Shown: one piece after another, positions 63,659-64,000 of the stretch
How the letters are laid out: each line of letters begins with the position of its first letter
Position numbering within the stretch: position 1 is the stretch's first letter
Assembly (NCBI GenBank): GCA_045545475.1
Contig: JAZQAZ010000030.1
Coordinates: 87,764 to 151,763, forward strand
Length of the DNA stretch: 64,000 nt
Source of the DNA: Clostridia bacterium
GTDB taxonomy: Bacteria > Bacillota > Clostridia > CAKSNL01 > HGM11501
Direction: 5' to 3'
Program-made: the position numbers and the translations under genes
Notes under the pieces: model-generated
Database searches by the model: none
What the model was told of the DNA's origin: nothing
Seen by the model: only the letters and a program-made list of their open reading frames with translations

Positions 63659-63829
63659 ATGGCTTTCAAAATTACTGATGCTTGCATCGCTTGCGGTGCT
63701 TGCGCAGGACAGTGTCCCGTTGAGGCTATCACAGAAGGCGACGGTATCTATGTAATCGATCCCGAAACTTGTGCTGAATGTGGCGCTTGCGCAGAACAGT
63801 GCCCCGTAGAGGCTATCGTAGAAGAATAA
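63659..63829 (+). CDS. fdx: Clostridial 2[4Fe-4S] ferredoxin, 56 aa (below the ORF-track cutoff)
   Basis: Translated by hand: MAFKITDACIACGACAGQCPVEAITEGDGIYVIDPETCAECGACAEQCPVEAIVEE; two CxxCxxCxxxCP motifs; GGAGGAGG RBS. Confidence 0.97.
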   Translation: MAFKITDACIACGACAGQCPVEAITEGDGIYVIDPETCAECGACAEQCPVEAIVEE

Positions 63830-63841
63830 TTTTTTCTTAAT

Positions 63842-63872
63842 AAAAAAGCACCGCCGTTCGGCAGTGCTTTTT
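63842..63872 (+). terminator. Ferredoxin terminator
   Basis: AAAAAAGCACCGCCG-TT-CGGCAGTGCTTTTT. Confidence 0.8.
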
Positions 63873-63917
63873 AGGGAGAAGCCGGTTTTGGCTTGTTATT
63901 TTCCGCTGATAGTGCGC

Positions 63918-63956
63918 AAAAAAACGCAGACATACGCCAGTATGACTGCGTTTTTT
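63918..63956. terminator. Second hairpin, probably the terminator of a convergent gene beyond the window
   Basis: AAAAAAACGCAGACATAC-GCCA-GTATGACTGCGTTTTTT. Confidence 0.55.
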
Positions 63957-64000
63957 AACTTCTCTAAGGCGAAAAATTCCTAACCCAAAACTGCGAATGC

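Overview
64-kb chromosomal window from a Bacillota/Clostridia-type anaerobe, judged from SLH domains, sigma-A promoters, AGGAGG RBSs and a clostridial ferredoxin. The main feature is a secreted surface glycan-binding/processing locus from about 2.7 to 47.8 kb. It has four copies of a two-gene cassette: an uncharacterised GH99/GH71-like (WNE[W/Q]) TIM-barrel protein followed by a multi-F5/8-type-C (CBM32-like) protein, both ending in a copper-amine-oxidase-N-terminal-like 'stalk' domain. The locus also has a 511-aa two-domain relative and a 3070-aa SLH-anchored protein with about 10 F5/8C-like domains and no recognisable catalytic domain. Housekeeping genes are interspersed (ddh, an orphan ParC/GyrA-like subunit, metF-metH). 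Two palindromic repeat families are present. TGTC/CGTC-type REP clusters bracket the giant gene, and one decays into a ~21-bp tandem array. A REP-associated tyrosine transposase (RAYT) carries two GTAG REPs inside its own ORF, one of which recurs exactly 7.5 kb away. The right part holds a GH106-like gene, two AraC regulators, a sugar-acid operon (fused TIM-barrel/Gfo gene, uxuA, uxuB, no uxaC), a NagZ-type lipoprotein, dusB, a PTS-IIC-like protein and an unlisted ferredoxin. No rRNA, tRNA, CRISPR or prophage was recognised. All domain calls are by eye from motifs; no searches were run.
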